From Myxococcota bacterium (GTDB lineage Bacteria; Myxococcota_A; UBA796; UBA2385): DNA of 64,000 nucleotides. The notes beneath the pieces were generated by a model. The model saw nothing but the letters and a program-made list of their open reading frames with translations. It did no database searches and was not told the origin of the DNA. Shown here piece by piece: positions 1-9,573 of the stretch; within the stretch, counting starts at the first letter, position 1, and every line of letters begins with the position of its first letter. Location: contig JBIJDH010000001.1 of assembly GCA_044344255.1 (NCBI GenBank), positions 32,001 through 96,000 of the forward strand, in the 5' to 3' direction. The position numbers and the translations under genes are program-made.

Positions 1-191
1 GTCCAAAGGTCGGCGGGGTAGGTCGTCTCACAACGCTCCGGGACCGCGAGGGGCTCGCAAAATCCCTCGTCTCCGCACACAGAATCCCAGCCGAAGGCCG
101 ACTTACACTCGTCGTTGGTCGCACACTCGGTGTAATCGAAGCGACTGAAGCTGCAGCCCGACAGGGCGAGCAGCAGAAGGGGGGCGCGCAT
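1..191 (-). CDS. Cys-rich lipoprotein, 5' part only (runs off the window edge); possibly an ABC-type substrate-binding-like protein
   Basis: Not in the ORF track. My translation from ATG 191 gives MRAPLLLLALSG-C-SFSRFDYTECATNDECKSAFGWDSVCGDEGFCEPLAVPERC..., with lipobox LSGC. The ATG overlaps the stop of the upstream TPR gene (TGATG). The product class beyond 'lipoprotein' is a guess. Confidence 0.8.
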   Translation of the reverse strand, partial: MRAPLLLLALSGCSFSRFDYTECATNDECKSAFGWDSVCGDEGFCEPLAVPERCETTYPADLW

Positions 192-991
192 CAGAAGGCT
201 CCCTGCAGGCCGAGGCCGCGGAGCGTCGGTTGGATTCGAAGGCCGCCGGGGAGGAGGGGCGCGGTGTCGAGCAAGATCGCGAGCGTCCCGCCGAGCACAC
301 ACGCGCCGCCCACACCAAAGGAGATGTCCGCGATCAACGACGAGACCTTGTCCTTCTCCAGGGCGTCGGTCGCATCGGGAGGGCAAAAGACGAGGTCCCC
401 CCCCGCGGCGCACATCGTCCCCGCCTCATCCCGCGCCGAGCCGGCGCGGAGCGCGAAGACGGTGCCGGTCGCGAGGCCCACCGCCCCGAGGCTGTACAGG
501 GTGACCGGCGCCCACACAGGCTTCTTCTCTCGCGGCGGCGTGGGAACAGGCTCTGCCTTCGGGGGCGGCGCGGTGGTCGCTACTGGGGGCGGGTCGGAGG
601 CAGGCGGCGAAGTGACCGGCGGATTTGACCTCGCCTCGTCCTGCAAGCGGCGCTCCAAGTTGACGATCCGGCGCTCCAGCGCCTCCCGCTCGTCGGCGCC
701 CGCGAAGGCCCGATATCGGTTCAGGGTGTCGAGCGCCTCCCGCCAGTGTCCGATCCGCTCCTGAGCGTTGGCGACGTTGTAGAGCAAGGCGTGACGGTTG
801 CTGATCCGGTAGGCCTCCTCCCAGGCCAAGATGGCGTCCTCGTACCGCCCCTCTTCGTAGAGGAGGCGCCCATTGTCATAGAGCTCCTTGGCTCGGAGGT
901 CCGCGCTCCCATCGGTTGCCTGAGCGTACGCGTCAGAGGAGAACAAGGTGGGCAGTGTGAGCAAACCCGCGACCAAGATCAAACCCTTCAT
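191..991 (-). CDS. Secreted tetratricopeptide-repeat protein with Pro-rich linker and hydrophobic C-terminal segments
   Basis: Signal peptide MKGLILVAGLL...AYA; TPR-like helices (AKELYDNGRLLYEEGRYEDAILAWEEAY, ALLYNVANAQERIG); Pro-rich linker; C-terminus GLGLQGAF; GGGAGA upstream. Confidence 0.85.
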   Translation of the reverse strand: MKGLILVAGLLTLPTLFSSDAYAQATDGSADLRAKELYDNGRLLYEEGRYEDAILAWEEAYRISNRHALLYNVANAQERIGHWREALDTLNRYRAFAGADEREALERRIVNLERRLQDEARSNPPVTSPPASDPPPVATTAPPPKAEPVPTPPREKKPVWAPVTLYSLGAVGLATGTVFALRAGSARDEAGTMCAAGGDLVFCPPDATDALEKDKVSSLIADISFGVGGACVLGGTLAILLDTAPLLPGGLRIQPTLRGLGLQGAF

Positions 992-996
992 CACGT

Positions 997-2613
997 TCAC
1001 TTCTCCCAAGGATCAACGATGTCGCTCTTCTGCTCAAAACCATCCGTCTTCGGAGGCTTGGCCACCTCGACGGGCGGAGGTGACGCGGAGGTGGCGGTGC
1101 TCGGAGGGGTCGTCGTTGGCGTGCTGGAGCCCTCCGGCGGGGCGGCCTTCGACGCCTTCTCGGAGGGGGCGGCCTTCGCGGTCGACTTCGCCGGTGGGGA
1201 AGACTTCTGCGTCTTGGCGGTCGACTTCGTCGAGGGGACCTCAGCCTTTCGGGGAGGCTCCTTCGCCGCCTTCGCATCGGTCGGCGCGGCAGCTTCGATC
1301 GGCGCGGCAGCCTCGGTCTGCTCGCCCTCCGCTGAGCCCGTGGGCCCCTCGGCCGCGTTGGCAGGGAGCCCCTCGACGTCCGCGGCCTCGTCCGAAGGCT
1401 CGACGCGCTTCGAGCGGTCGCCGGTCACGGGCTCCAACGACGCCGGGGCGGCCCCTCGGCCTCCGTCTCCGCGCGCAAACACCGCCACGATCAGCAACAC
1501 GACGAGGACTGCGAGACCGACGACGACAGGCATCAAGCGGTTCGAAGCCGCCGTTGTCACCCCGACCGTCGCTGCCCGGTCCGTGGTGACCGGCGCGGGG
1601 AGCTCTTCTTCGCCGATGTCGCCCGGGAGGCTGACCTCGTTGTGTCGCTGAAGCGGGAGGGTGCCGTCCACATAGGGCTTCAGCGCGTCCATCAGCGCGT
1701 CGACGTCGGCGTAGCGGTCCACCGGGTCCTTCGAGAGGCACTTCCGGACGATCCCCTCCAACCCACGCGGCAGGTTGAGGTTGGGGTCAATGGTGTCGAA
1801 GGTCGGCACGTCCTGGGTGATGTGCGCGGTCAGGATGGCAGTCGAATTCGGTCCGTTGAACGGGTATCGACCCACAAGCCCACAGAAGAGGAGCACGCCC
1901 ACGGAGTAAATGTCCGCTCGGTGGTCGATCTCCATCCCCTTGGCCTGCTCGGGCGCCATGAAGTGCGGCGAGCCGAGGATGGCGCCGACCTGCGTGATTC
2001 CGGGGTCATGCTCCATCAGCTTGACGATCCCGAAGTCGACCACCTTGACTCGCTCTTCCCCGTTGTCGTCCACCCGCACCATGACGTTCGAGTTCTTGAC
2101 GTCCCGGTGGATCACCCCTCGTCGGTGCGCGTATCGAAGGGCCGCGCAGACCTGGTAGAGCAGCTTGAGAGAGCGAAGCGGATCGAGGGGACGCTCCCGC
2201 AAGATCTCGCTGAACCTCTTGCCATCCACATACTCCATCGCGATGTAGAACCGACCGCCGCCCACCTCGCCATAGTCATGGACCACCACGATGTTCGGGT
2301 GATCCAGCGCCGCGAGCGTCTTGGCCTCAAGGAGGAAGCGCTCTTCGAAGGCCCTGAGCTCCTGGTCAGAAGACTCGGGAGGCGGGACCAGCACCTTGAG
2401 GGCCACGGGCCGGTTCAGGGGCTCCTGATACGCGAGGTAGACGGAGGCCTGCCCTCCCCGCGCCAGCCTTCGCTCGATCCGATACCGCCCCGCGAGGAGC
2501 TCATCGGTGGGCGGAGACAAGCTGCCGTCGGGCACGAGGAGCCCTGGGGCCAGGACTCCGCCTGTCCCTTCAACGCGCGCATCAATTCTGGGGTCGGGTA
2601 CGATGTCAGCCAT
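997..2613 (-). CDS. Hanks-type membrane Ser/Thr protein kinase
   Basis: LARGGQASVY, VALK, HRDVKNSN, DFG and MAPE motifs; one TM helix (LMPVVVGLAVLVVLLIVAVFA); low-complexity P/A/K/T tail ending DPWEK. Confidence 0.95.
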   Translation of the reverse strand: MADIVPDPRIDARVEGTGGVLAPGLLVPDGSLSPPTDELLAGRYRIERRLARGGQASVYLAYQEPLNRPVALKVLVPPPESSDQELRAFEERFLLEAKTLAALDHPNIVVVHDYGEVGGGRFYIAMEYVDGKRFSEILRERPLDPLRSLKLLYQVCAALRYAHRRGVIHRDVKNSNVMVRVDDNGEERVKVVDFGIVKLMEHDPGITQVGAILGSPHFMAPEQAKGMEIDHRADIYSVGVLLFCGLVGRYPFNGPNSTAILTAHITQDVPTFDTIDPNLNLPRGLEGIVRKCLSKDPVDRYADVDALMDALKPYVDGTLPLQRHNEVSLPGDIGEEELPAPVTTDRAATVGVTTAASNRLMPVVVGLAVLVVLLIVAVFARGDGGRGAAPASLEPVTGDRSKRVEPSDEAADVEGLPANAAEGPTGSAEGEQTEAAAPIEAAAPTDAKAAKEPPRKAEVPSTKSTAKTQKSSPPAKSTAKAAPSEKASKAAPPEGSSTPTTTPPSTATSASPPPVEVAKPPKTDGFEQKSDIVDPWEK

Positions 2614-2622
2614 TGCGGGCAA

Positions 2623-2653
2623 AATATACCACGAGATCGGAGGGCAAGGTCAA
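2623..2653 (-). promoter_or_regulatory. Putative sigma70-type promoter of the kinase operon
   Basis: Minus strand TTGACC-N19-TATATT with an extended -10 (TGgTATATT) about 10 nt before ATG 2613; the spacer is longer than optimal. Confidence 0.35.
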
Positions 2654-2673
2654 GAGCGCGGTCCAACCTCACC

Positions 2674-3126
2674 TCAAGTGGGAGCGGTCGGCGACGGGCG
2701 GGGTGCGAGGGTGGCCATGATCTCGGCCTCCGCAACTCGCTTCTCATCCACTTCGGCGAACGCCGAGAACTTCCAAATAGATCGGCGCTCGTAGGTCTTC
2801 TCGCAGGTGATCCGGACGCGATCACCCGGGACGACTGGCCTCCGAAAGCGCACTCCATCCAAACCCATCAGGTAGACCGCGTCGCCGGCGCGATCGAGGT
2901 GCGCAGAGAGCGCGATCACCCCGGCGAGCTGCGCGAAGGCCTCCATGATCAGAACCCCGGGCATGATCGGCATGCCGGGAAAGTGGCCTTGAAAGTGCGG
3001 CTCATTGACGCTGACGCATTTGATTCCAACCGCACGCACCCCGGGCTCGAGCTCCGTAATGCGATCGATCATCAAAAAGGGATACCGGTGCGGTAGCAGG
3101 CGTAGGATCTCGGCGGCGTCCATCAT
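2674..3126 (-). CDS. fabZ: 3-hydroxyacyl-ACP dehydratase FabZ
   Basis: LPHRYPFLMIDRI, FQGHFPGMPIMPGVLIMEA, FRRPVVPGD; follows lpxD. Confidence 0.97.
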   Translation of the reverse strand: MMDAAEILRLLPHRYPFLMIDRITELEPGVRAVGIKCVSVNEPHFQGHFPGMPIMPGVLIMEAFAQLAGVIALSAHLDRAGDAVYLMGLDGVRFRRPVVPGDRVRITCEKTYERRSIWKFSAFAEVDEKRVAEAEIMATLAPRPSPTAPT

Positions 3127-4202
3127 GTCGACTCCGGATCGGAGAGGTTGGGCGAGGGCACCAAGGCAGCCTCGAGCGCCGCCACCTTGGCTTCCAGCTG
3201 GCGGGTCCGGCGCAGGAGCTCGGGGAGCTCAGCGAAGGCCGCGGAGGCGCGCAGCCAACGGTTGTGCTCGATCGCAGGGGTCCCCGTCACCCGCGCGCCG
3301 GCGGCCTGATCATCGCTCACCGCGCTGCCGACGCCGACATGGACACCGTCTCCGAGCTCGATGTGGCCGAGGACCGCGGCGCGGGCCGCGAGGACCACGC
3401 CTCGCCCGAGGCGCGCGCTGCCCGCCACCCCGGAGAAGGCGACGAGCAGCGAGCGCTCACCGACCTCAGCGGCGTGGCCCACCTGAACGAGGTTGTCGAG
3501 CTTGGCGCCCCTCCGCACGAGCGTCTCCCCCAGGGCCGCCCGGTCGATCGTGGTGTTCGCGCCGACCTCGACGTCATCCTCGACGCGCGCCCGCCCCACC
3601 TGCGGGATCTTCTGGTGGCCGGCGGCCGAGGAGGCGAAGCCGAAGCCCTCGGCGCCCACGACCGCCCCCGGGTTCAGCCAGACCCGATCCCCGAGGACGC
3701 AGCCCGCACACAGCACCACGCCGGCCATCAAGCGGCAATCGGCGCCGACCACGGCGCCGGGGCCCACATATGCGAAGGGCTCCACCTCGCTGCCCGCCCC
3801 GACCCGCGCGCCCGGCCCTACCCAAGCGAACGCGCCGATGGTGGCACCCTCGACCTCGGCGTCCGCCGCTACGAAGGCCCGCGGATCGACGCCTGGCACC
3901 TTCGGAGATGCCGGGTGGAACAAGGTCAAGACCTGAGCGAAGGCGAGGTAGGGGTCAGCGATGCGGATCACCGTCCGCCCCCCACAGCCCCCCTGCTCCG
4001 GCGCGACCAGCACCGCCCCCGCCCGCGTGTCGCGAAGCAGGCGCGTGTAGCGCCGATTGGCGAGGAAGCTCAGGTGCTCCGGGCCCGCCTCGGCCAGCCC
4101 GCGCACGCCGGTCAACCGCCGCTCGCCCCCGGATGGATCCTCACCCTCAACCCGACCGCCGAGCCGCTCGGCGAGCTCGGAGACGGTGAAGGGCCCCACC
4201 AC
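3123..4202 (-). CDS. lpxD: UDP-3-O-(3-hydroxymyristoyl)glucosamine N-acyltransferase
   Basis: Hexapeptide repeats, GAEGFGF, KIPQVG, GANTTIDRA, KLDNLVQVGH; canonical skp-lpxD-fabZ synteny. Confidence 0.97.
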   Translation of the reverse strand: MVGPFTVSELAERLGGRVEGEDPSGGERRLTGVRGLAEAGPEHLSFLANRRYTRLLRDTRAGAVLVAPEQGGCGGRTVIRIADPYLAFAQVLTLFHPASPKVPGVDPRAFVAADAEVEGATIGAFAWVGPGARVGAGSEVEPFAYVGPGAVVGADCRLMAGVVLCAGCVLGDRVWLNPGAVVGAEGFGFASSAAGHQKIPQVGRARVEDDVEVGANTTIDRAALGETLVRRGAKLDNLVQVGHAAEVGERSLLVAFSGVAGSARLGRGVVLAARAAVLGHIELGDGVHVGVGSAVSDDQAAGARVTGTPAIEHNRWLRASAAFAELPELLRRTRQLEAKVAALEAALVPSPNLSDPEST

Positions 4203-4205
4203 GGA

Positions 4206-4739
4206 TCAGCCCGGGTGCGCGGCGTCATACCGCTTGATGAGCTCATCCGTCAGATCGGTGGTGCCACCCGCGTAGACCACGGCCCCCTGGCTGACCTCAA
4301 GGATGAGATTGTAACCCTTCTCCTTACCGATCTGCTCACAGGTCACCTTCATCTGCCCCACGAGGCGCTCCATCAGCCCGGCGTACGCAGACTGCATCTC
4401 CTGCTCCGCCTGGCCGGCGGTCTGCTGGTAGACCGCCTCGGCCTGCATGATCTCCTGCTCCTTTTGTTTCTTGGCGGCGTCTGACAAGAGCAGCGCCTGC
4501 TTTTGGTAGTCGGTCTGCATCCCGCCCAGCTTCTTCTCCATCTGGTCGATGGCGGTCTTCTTCTGCTCGTAGAGACCCTTGAGCTTGGCCTGCGCCGTCA
4601 CGCCCTCCTTGACCGTGTTGATCGCGCGCTGAAAGTCGACCGTCGCGATCTTGGGCGCGGCCTGAGCGTGGGCGGTCTGGAAGACGCCCGCAATGGCGAA
4701 GACCCCGAGCAACAGGGCCAGCAGACGGAAGAACCGCAT
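4206..4739 (-). CDS. skp: OmpH/Skp periplasmic chaperone
   Basis: Signal peptide MRFFRLL...AHA; KIATVDFQ, coiled coil, GYNLIL, DLTDELIK; lies between bamA and lpxD. Confidence 0.93.
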   Translation of the reverse strand: MRFFRLLALLLGVFAIAGVFQTAHAQAAPKIATVDFQRAINTVKEGVTAQAKLKGLYEQKKTAIDQMEKKLGGMQTDYQKQALLLSDAAKKQKEQEIMQAEAVYQQTAGQAEQEMQSAYAGLMERLVGQMKVTCEQIGKEKGYNLILEVSQGAVVYAGGTTDLTDELIKRYDAAHPG

Positions 4740-4879
4740 GAACGCTCCAAGATGAGACGGATCAAGAGTGATCGTATCGAGACGGGGCGGCCGCCCCAAG
4801 GAGGACCGCCGAGAAAGTGAGATTCAAGGGAGATTCGTGCGGCCGCACGGGGCCGCCGAGGCGGGGCCCGGCCTCCGCC

Positions 4880-7537
4880 TCAGAACAGAGAGCCGATCGA
4901 GAAGTCGAAGACCGCCTTCCGCTCGTCCTCCTTCGGGTTGATGGGGAAGCCCCACTCGAAGCGGAGCGGCCCCATCGGGCTGAACCAGCGAAGGCCGAAG
5001 CCATAGGAGGCCCGAAGATCGAGCAAGCTGACGTGGCCGTTGCCCCAGGGATCACCGAAGGCGTTGCCCGCGTCGAAGAAGAGCACCGTGCTGATGCCCG
5101 CCGCCTTGATGATCGGCTCTTCGAGCTCGAAGTTGTTGATCCAGGTCTCGGTCCCGCCAACCACCAGACGATCGTCGGGCGCGGTGGGATCGTCGGAGCC
5201 CGTGAAGATCGAGCGCTGCGCCGTCTTGAAGCCCGTCGCCCGCACGGCCGGACCGAGCGTGTACCAGTCGTAGCCGCGCACCGAGTTGATGCCGCCGGCC
5301 CGAAAGCGCTGGATGTAGGGGACCATCGTGCCGTCGGTGCTGCCGATTCGACCCAGCGTCCCGTTGTACTTGAAGATCACCCACTCCTTGCCCGGGATGA
5401 CCGGGTGGAAGGCTCGGAAGTTGATCTTCGTCTCGTAGTAGTTGAAGTCACCGCCGAAGACCTGCACCAGCGTCTCTTCGTCGGAGCGGAACCCACCGGC
5501 CAACGAGGCCGAGGCCGTGCCGTAGATGCCACGGGTGGCCTGGATGCGGTTGTTCCGCTTGTCCACCACGAGCGAGAGGCCACCCGAGCTCGAGAGGCCG
5601 TTTCGGTACAGCTCTCCGCCGAACAGGCGCTCCTTGTAGGCGTCGAGGTTGTTGAGCCCCGTGTCTTCGAAGGTGTAGGTGAACTCCATACGCATGTCGT
5701 CGCGCCGGTCGAGGTAGCGACCGATCGAGATGTCGCCGCCGCGCTGGTACTCGTCCTCGATGAACTGCCGGGCGATCGAGTAACCGTCGATGCGGGCGGT
5801 CCAGCGGGAGTCGAGGAAGTAGGGGTCGTAGAGCTGAAGGTTCCACTGCTGACGGCTGCGGGAGACGTTGGCCGCCGCGCTCATCACGTAGCCGAGGCCG
5901 AGGAAGTTGTTCTTCGAGACGTTCAAGGTGAGCATGAAGTTCTCGATGTTCGAGAAGCCCGCGCCCACCGAGAAGGAGCCGGTGGGCTGCTCGGTGACGT
6001 CCACCTTCATGTCGAGCGAGTCGGGCATCGAGGCCCGCGGGGTGCTGATCTTCACCTCTTCGAAGTAGCCGAGCCGGTCGAGGCGCTGCCGGGCGTCCTT
6101 GATGGCGCTCCCCGAGTAGATGTCACCCTCGTTGATCGGGATCTCGCGGCGCACCACCTTGTCGTAGGTGGGGTCGTTGCCGGTGATGTCGATCCGGTTG
6201 ATCCGGACCTTGTCGCCGCGCTGGATCACGAAGGTGATGTCCACCGTCTCCGAGGCACCATCGGGCTGGGTGTCGGGGATGACGTTGGCGAAGGCGTAGC
6301 CCTGATCGCCGTAGAGATCGGTGATCTCCTGCATCGTGGTCTGCAGGGTGGTCAGCTTGAACCAGTCGCCCGTCTTCATCTTGGCGTTGTCGGGCTCAAA
6401 GTCGAAGCGGAGCTTACCGCCCTCTTCCCAGCCGTTGGGCAGGGGCTGTCCCTCCCCGACCTCTTCGCGTGCCTTGGCCCATCGACTGTGGAGGACCTTC
6501 GCCTTCTTGCCCTCCAGCACCTGCCGAACCGCGGACTCCGTCAGCCCCTCTTCTTCGACGAAGTCACCGGAGATCTTCAGCTTCCCGATTCGGTACCGCG
6601 TCCCTTCGGTGACGTTCATCGTGATGTAGATGTACCGCTTGTCCGGGGACAGGAACACGCTCGGCTCGTCCACCTTGACATCGACGTAGCCCTCCTCGAG
6701 GAAGACGCTCCGCACAACGTCGGCGTCCTCCCGCAGGGAGGCCTCGTTGAAGGCCCCCTTCGAGGAAAGCCAGGGCAACATCCCCGCCTCTTTCGTCTTG
6801 AGGTAGCGGGTGATCTTGCGATCGGCGAGGTGGTCGTTGCCGGTGATGTCGATCCGCTGGACCAGCACCTTCCGGTGCTCGACGATCTGGAAGGTGAGCT
6901 CGACCAGCCCGTCGCCGGTGTCTCGGAGCACGGGCTCCACCTCGGCGAGGTAATAGCCCTTCTCGATGTACTTATCGCGGATCTGTCGGATGTTCTGCTT
7001 GACGTCCGACTCATTGAGGACGCTGAAGGCGGTGATGTCGATCACCTCAAAGAGCGCGTCGTCATCCAGCTTCTTGTTGCCCTCGAGCTTCACCTCGCGA
7101 ATGGCGGGCTTCTCCTTGAGGTCAAAGACGAGGATGACCGAACCCGGCTCGTCGGGGGCCGGGATGGAGTCGACCCGCACGTCGTCCACGAAGCCGGTGC
7201 CGTACACCGCCTTGACGTCGCGCCGCACGGCCCAGTCGCTGAGCTCGTCGCCGGCGCGCAGGCCGATCGCGGCGAGGATCGCCGCCTCCTCGACCCGCTT
7301 GAGGCCGCGGAGGCGAACCGCGGTGATGCGCCCCTTGGCCGCGAGGGGCTCCTCGGAGAAGGGCGCCTCCGCCGAAGCGCTGGAGGCCGGGGCCACCCCC
7401 GACGGGGCGGCCGGGGGAGCGGCCTCGGGGACCGCGGATGGGGGGACCGCGGGTGGTGCGCCCGCGGCGGGCTCCTCGGCCCAGGCCGTGAGCCCGGCCG
7501 TGAGGGCCAACAAACCGAACAAGGACCGCTGGATCAC
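4880..7537 (-). CDS. bamA: Outer membrane protein assembly factor BamA
   Basis: POTRA domains (GLKRVEE, GNKKLDD, IDITGN), RLGYFEEV, EQPTGSFSVGAG, VRGY, SPMGPLRFEWG, terminal F. Confidence 0.97.
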   Translation of the reverse strand: MIQRSLFGLLALTAGLTAWAEEPAAGAPPAVPPSAVPEAAPPAAPSGVAPASSASAEAPFSEEPLAAKGRITAVRLRGLKRVEEAAILAAIGLRAGDELSDWAVRRDVKAVYGTGFVDDVRVDSIPAPDEPGSVILVFDLKEKPAIREVKLEGNKKLDDDALFEVIDITAFSVLNESDVKQNIRQIRDKYIEKGYYLAEVEPVLRDTGDGLVELTFQIVEHRKVLVQRIDITGNDHLADRKITRYLKTKEAGMLPWLSSKGAFNEASLREDADVVRSVFLEEGYVDVKVDEPSVFLSPDKRYIYITMNVTEGTRYRIGKLKISGDFVEEEGLTESAVRQVLEGKKAKVLHSRWAKAREEVGEGQPLPNGWEEGGKLRFDFEPDNAKMKTGDWFKLTTLQTTMQEITDLYGDQGYAFANVIPDTQPDGASETVDITFVIQRGDKVRINRIDITGNDPTYDKVVRREIPINEGDIYSGSAIKDARQRLDRLGYFEEVKISTPRASMPDSLDMKVDVTEQPTGSFSVGAGFSNIENFMLTLNVSKNNFLGLGYVMSAAANVSRSRQQWNLQLYDPYFLDSRWTARIDGYSIARQFIEDEYQRGGDISIGRYLDRRDDMRMEFTYTFEDTGLNNLDAYKERLFGGELYRNGLSSSGGLSLVVDKRNNRIQATRGIYGTASASLAGGFRSDEETLVQVFGGDFNYYETKINFRAFHPVIPGKEWVIFKYNGTLGRIGSTDGTMVPYIQRFRAGGINSVRGYDWYTLGPAVRATGFKTAQRSIFTGSDDPTAPDDRLVVGGTETWINNFELEEPIIKAAGISTVLFFDAGNAFGDPWGNGHVSLLDLRASYGFGLRWFSPMGPLRFEWGFPINPKEDERKAVFDFSIGSLF

Positions 7538-8235
7538 GCCTCCTCCCGCATCTCGTGGAGCCGCCCGTCCGCGAGCACGAAGCGCCGATCGAGGCGCTTC
7601 GCCAGCTCATGGGAATGGGTGACGATGACCAGCGTGCTGCTGAGCTCGGCGTTCAACGCGAGCAGCAGATCGAAGACCTCACCTGCGGTGGTGGGGTCGA
7701 GGTTCCCGGTGGGCTCGTCGGCGAGCAGGAGCCCCGGCCGCCGAACCAGCGCTCGGGCGATGGCCACCCGCTGCTGCTCACCGCCCGACAGCTCGCCTGG
7801 GCGGTGCTTCAAGCGGGCGCCGAGGCCCACCCGGACAAGGAGCTCTCGCGCCGCCCCTTCAGCCTGCTTCGGCGGCTCTCCCGCGATCAGCGCTGGGATC
7901 ATCACGTTGTGAAGCGCGTCCTGATCGGGGAGCAGATGATGAAACTGAAACACGAAGCCGATCTCACGGTTGCGGAGCGCGTCCAGCTCCGAGGGAGACC
8001 GGGAGAAGAGGTCGCGGTCGGCGAACCATATCCTCCCCGCCGTCGGCCGGTCCAATGTGCCGAGCAAGTGGAGCAGCGTGCTCTTGCCGGAGCCCGACTG
8101 CCCGAGGATGGCGATCCGCGAGCCCGGATCGAGGGTGAGGTCTACCCCCCGGAGGATGTGCAGGGCGCTGCCCCCCTTGCGGAAGGTCTTCTCCACCCCC
8201 TCGAGGCGGATCTGGCCGATGCCCGACTTGTTCAT
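7534..8235 (-). CDS. lolD: Lipoprotein-releasing ABC transporter ATP-binding protein
   Basis: GQSGSGKS, GFVFQFHHLL, LSGGEQQRVAIARAL, ADEPTGNLD. Confidence 0.95.
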   Translation of the reverse strand: MNKSGIGQIRLEGVEKTFRKGGSALHILRGVDLTLDPGSRIAILGQSGSGKSTLLHLLGTLDRPTAGRIWFADRDLFSRSPSELDALRNREIGFVFQFHHLLPDQDALHNVMIPALIAGEPPKQAEGAARELLVRVGLGARLKHRPGELSGGEQQRVAIARALVRRPGLLLADEPTGNLDPTTAGEVFDLLLALNAELSSTLVIVTHSHELAKRLDRRFVLADGRLHEMREEA

Positions 8236-9542
8236 TCGTACCGCAGCCCCTCGATGGGATCGATGCGCGCCGCCATCGTCGAGGGGTAGAGCGTCGCCAC
8301 CCAGGAGATGAGCACCGCCAGCGCCGCCACCACCACCACCGTCATCGGCTCCACGATGACCGGGAGCTTGTCTACGAAGTAAATATCGGTATCAAGGGGA
8401 AATTCGTAGCGCGCCAGCGCCCAACAGCCTGCGAGGCCGAGCACGGTGCCGATGCTCGTGCCCACGAGGCCGATGATCAGCCCCTCAAGCTGAAAGATCG
8501 CCCGGATCGCCCCTGTGCTGGCCCCCATCGCGCGAAGGATCGAGATCTCGCGGGTCCGGGACACCACGACGATGATCAAGAAGCCAAAGATGTTGAGCGC
8601 CGCCACGACGACGATCAGGGCGAGGATGAGCCCCATCACCACCTTCTCCAGCTTCATCGCGGAGAACAGGCTCTTGTTCAGGTTCTTCCAGTTCTTCACG
8701 ACGAAGGAGGCGCCGAGCGCGTCTTGCACCCGCTCCGCGATGGGCTCGACCCCGTCGATGTCCGAGACCTTGGCCTCGATGCCGGTGGCGACGTCGCCGC
8801 TCTCGAGGAAGACCTGCGCCCCCTCGATGGTCACGTAGGTCCACTTGCTGTCGTACTCGTACATCCCCGAGTGGAAGACGCCGGCCACCCGGAAGGGCCG
8901 CACCTTGGGCACGGGCATGCCCATCGGGCCCGTGCCGCCGCCGATGGGGTTGATCACGAAGAGGCGGTCACCGACGAAGACCTTGAGCTGATCAGCGAGC
9001 TCCTGGCCGATGACGATGCCGGGGATGACCTCCTTGTCGTCAGGGTCTTGCGAGATGGAGACGGCGGGCGTCGAGAGGCCCTGGAGCAAGGCCAGCTTGG
9101 CCTCCGCGTCTTCCTCCCCGCCGAGGAAGGGCCCCTCCGGGCCGACGGTGAGATCCTGCACGATGTGGGTGACCTTTGGGGTGCGCTCGGGATCGATGCC
9201 CTTGAGCACCACCCCCGCGCTGGCCCACTCGCTCCGCACCATCACCTCGGTGTAGACGAAGGGCGCCGCGGCGGCCACGCCTTCGCTGGCCTCCACCTTC
9301 GCCACCTCGGCCGCATAGTCTGGGATCCCGGCGCCGTACTGCAGCACCACGATGTGCGCGTTGCTGCCGAGGATCTTGTCCCGAAGGTCAATCTCGAAGC
9401 CCTCCATCACCGCGAGCACCATGATCAGGGCCGTCACGCCCACCATCACCCCGATCATCGAGATGAAGGTGATGGCCGAGACGCCCACGTCGTGGCGACG
9501 GGAGCGGAGGTGGGACAGGGCGACCAGCAAGGCGAAGCGCAT
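8232..9542 (-). CDS. lolE: Lipoprotein-releasing ABC transporter permease LolC/E
   Basis: GVTALIMVLAVMEGF, KGIDP, SGMYEYDS, EISILRAMGA, TLYPS...DPIEGLRYE. Start trimmed to MRFALL because the upstream in-frame stretch is a tandem repeat. Confidence 0.92.
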   Translation of the reverse strand: MRFALLVALSHLRSRRHDVGVSAITFISMIGVMVGVTALIMVLAVMEGFEIDLRDKILGSNAHIVVLQYGAGIPDYAAEVAKVEASEGVAAAAPFVYTEVMVRSEWASAGVVLKGIDPERTPKVTHIVQDLTVGPEGPFLGGEEDAEAKLALLQGLSTPAVSISQDPDDKEVIPGIVIGQELADQLKVFVGDRLFVINPIGGGTGPMGMPVPKVRPFRVAGVFHSGMYEYDSKWTYVTIEGAQVFLESGDVATGIEAKVSDIDGVEPIAERVQDALGASFVVKNWKNLNKSLFSAMKLEKVVMGLILALIVVVAALNIFGFLIIVVVSRTREISILRAMGASTGAIRAIFQLEGLIIGLVGTSIGTVLGLAGCWALARYEFPLDTDIYFVDKLPVIVEPMTVVVVAALAVLISWVATLYPSTMAARIDPIEGLRYE

Positions 9543-9573
9543 CAGGGCTGAGCATCCCCCCGAGGGCCTTCCT

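Noticed and set aside
4817..7912. 1031-aa plus-strand ORF
   Set aside because: Antisense shadow of bamA/lolD, typical of high-GC DNA; no recognisable motifs.
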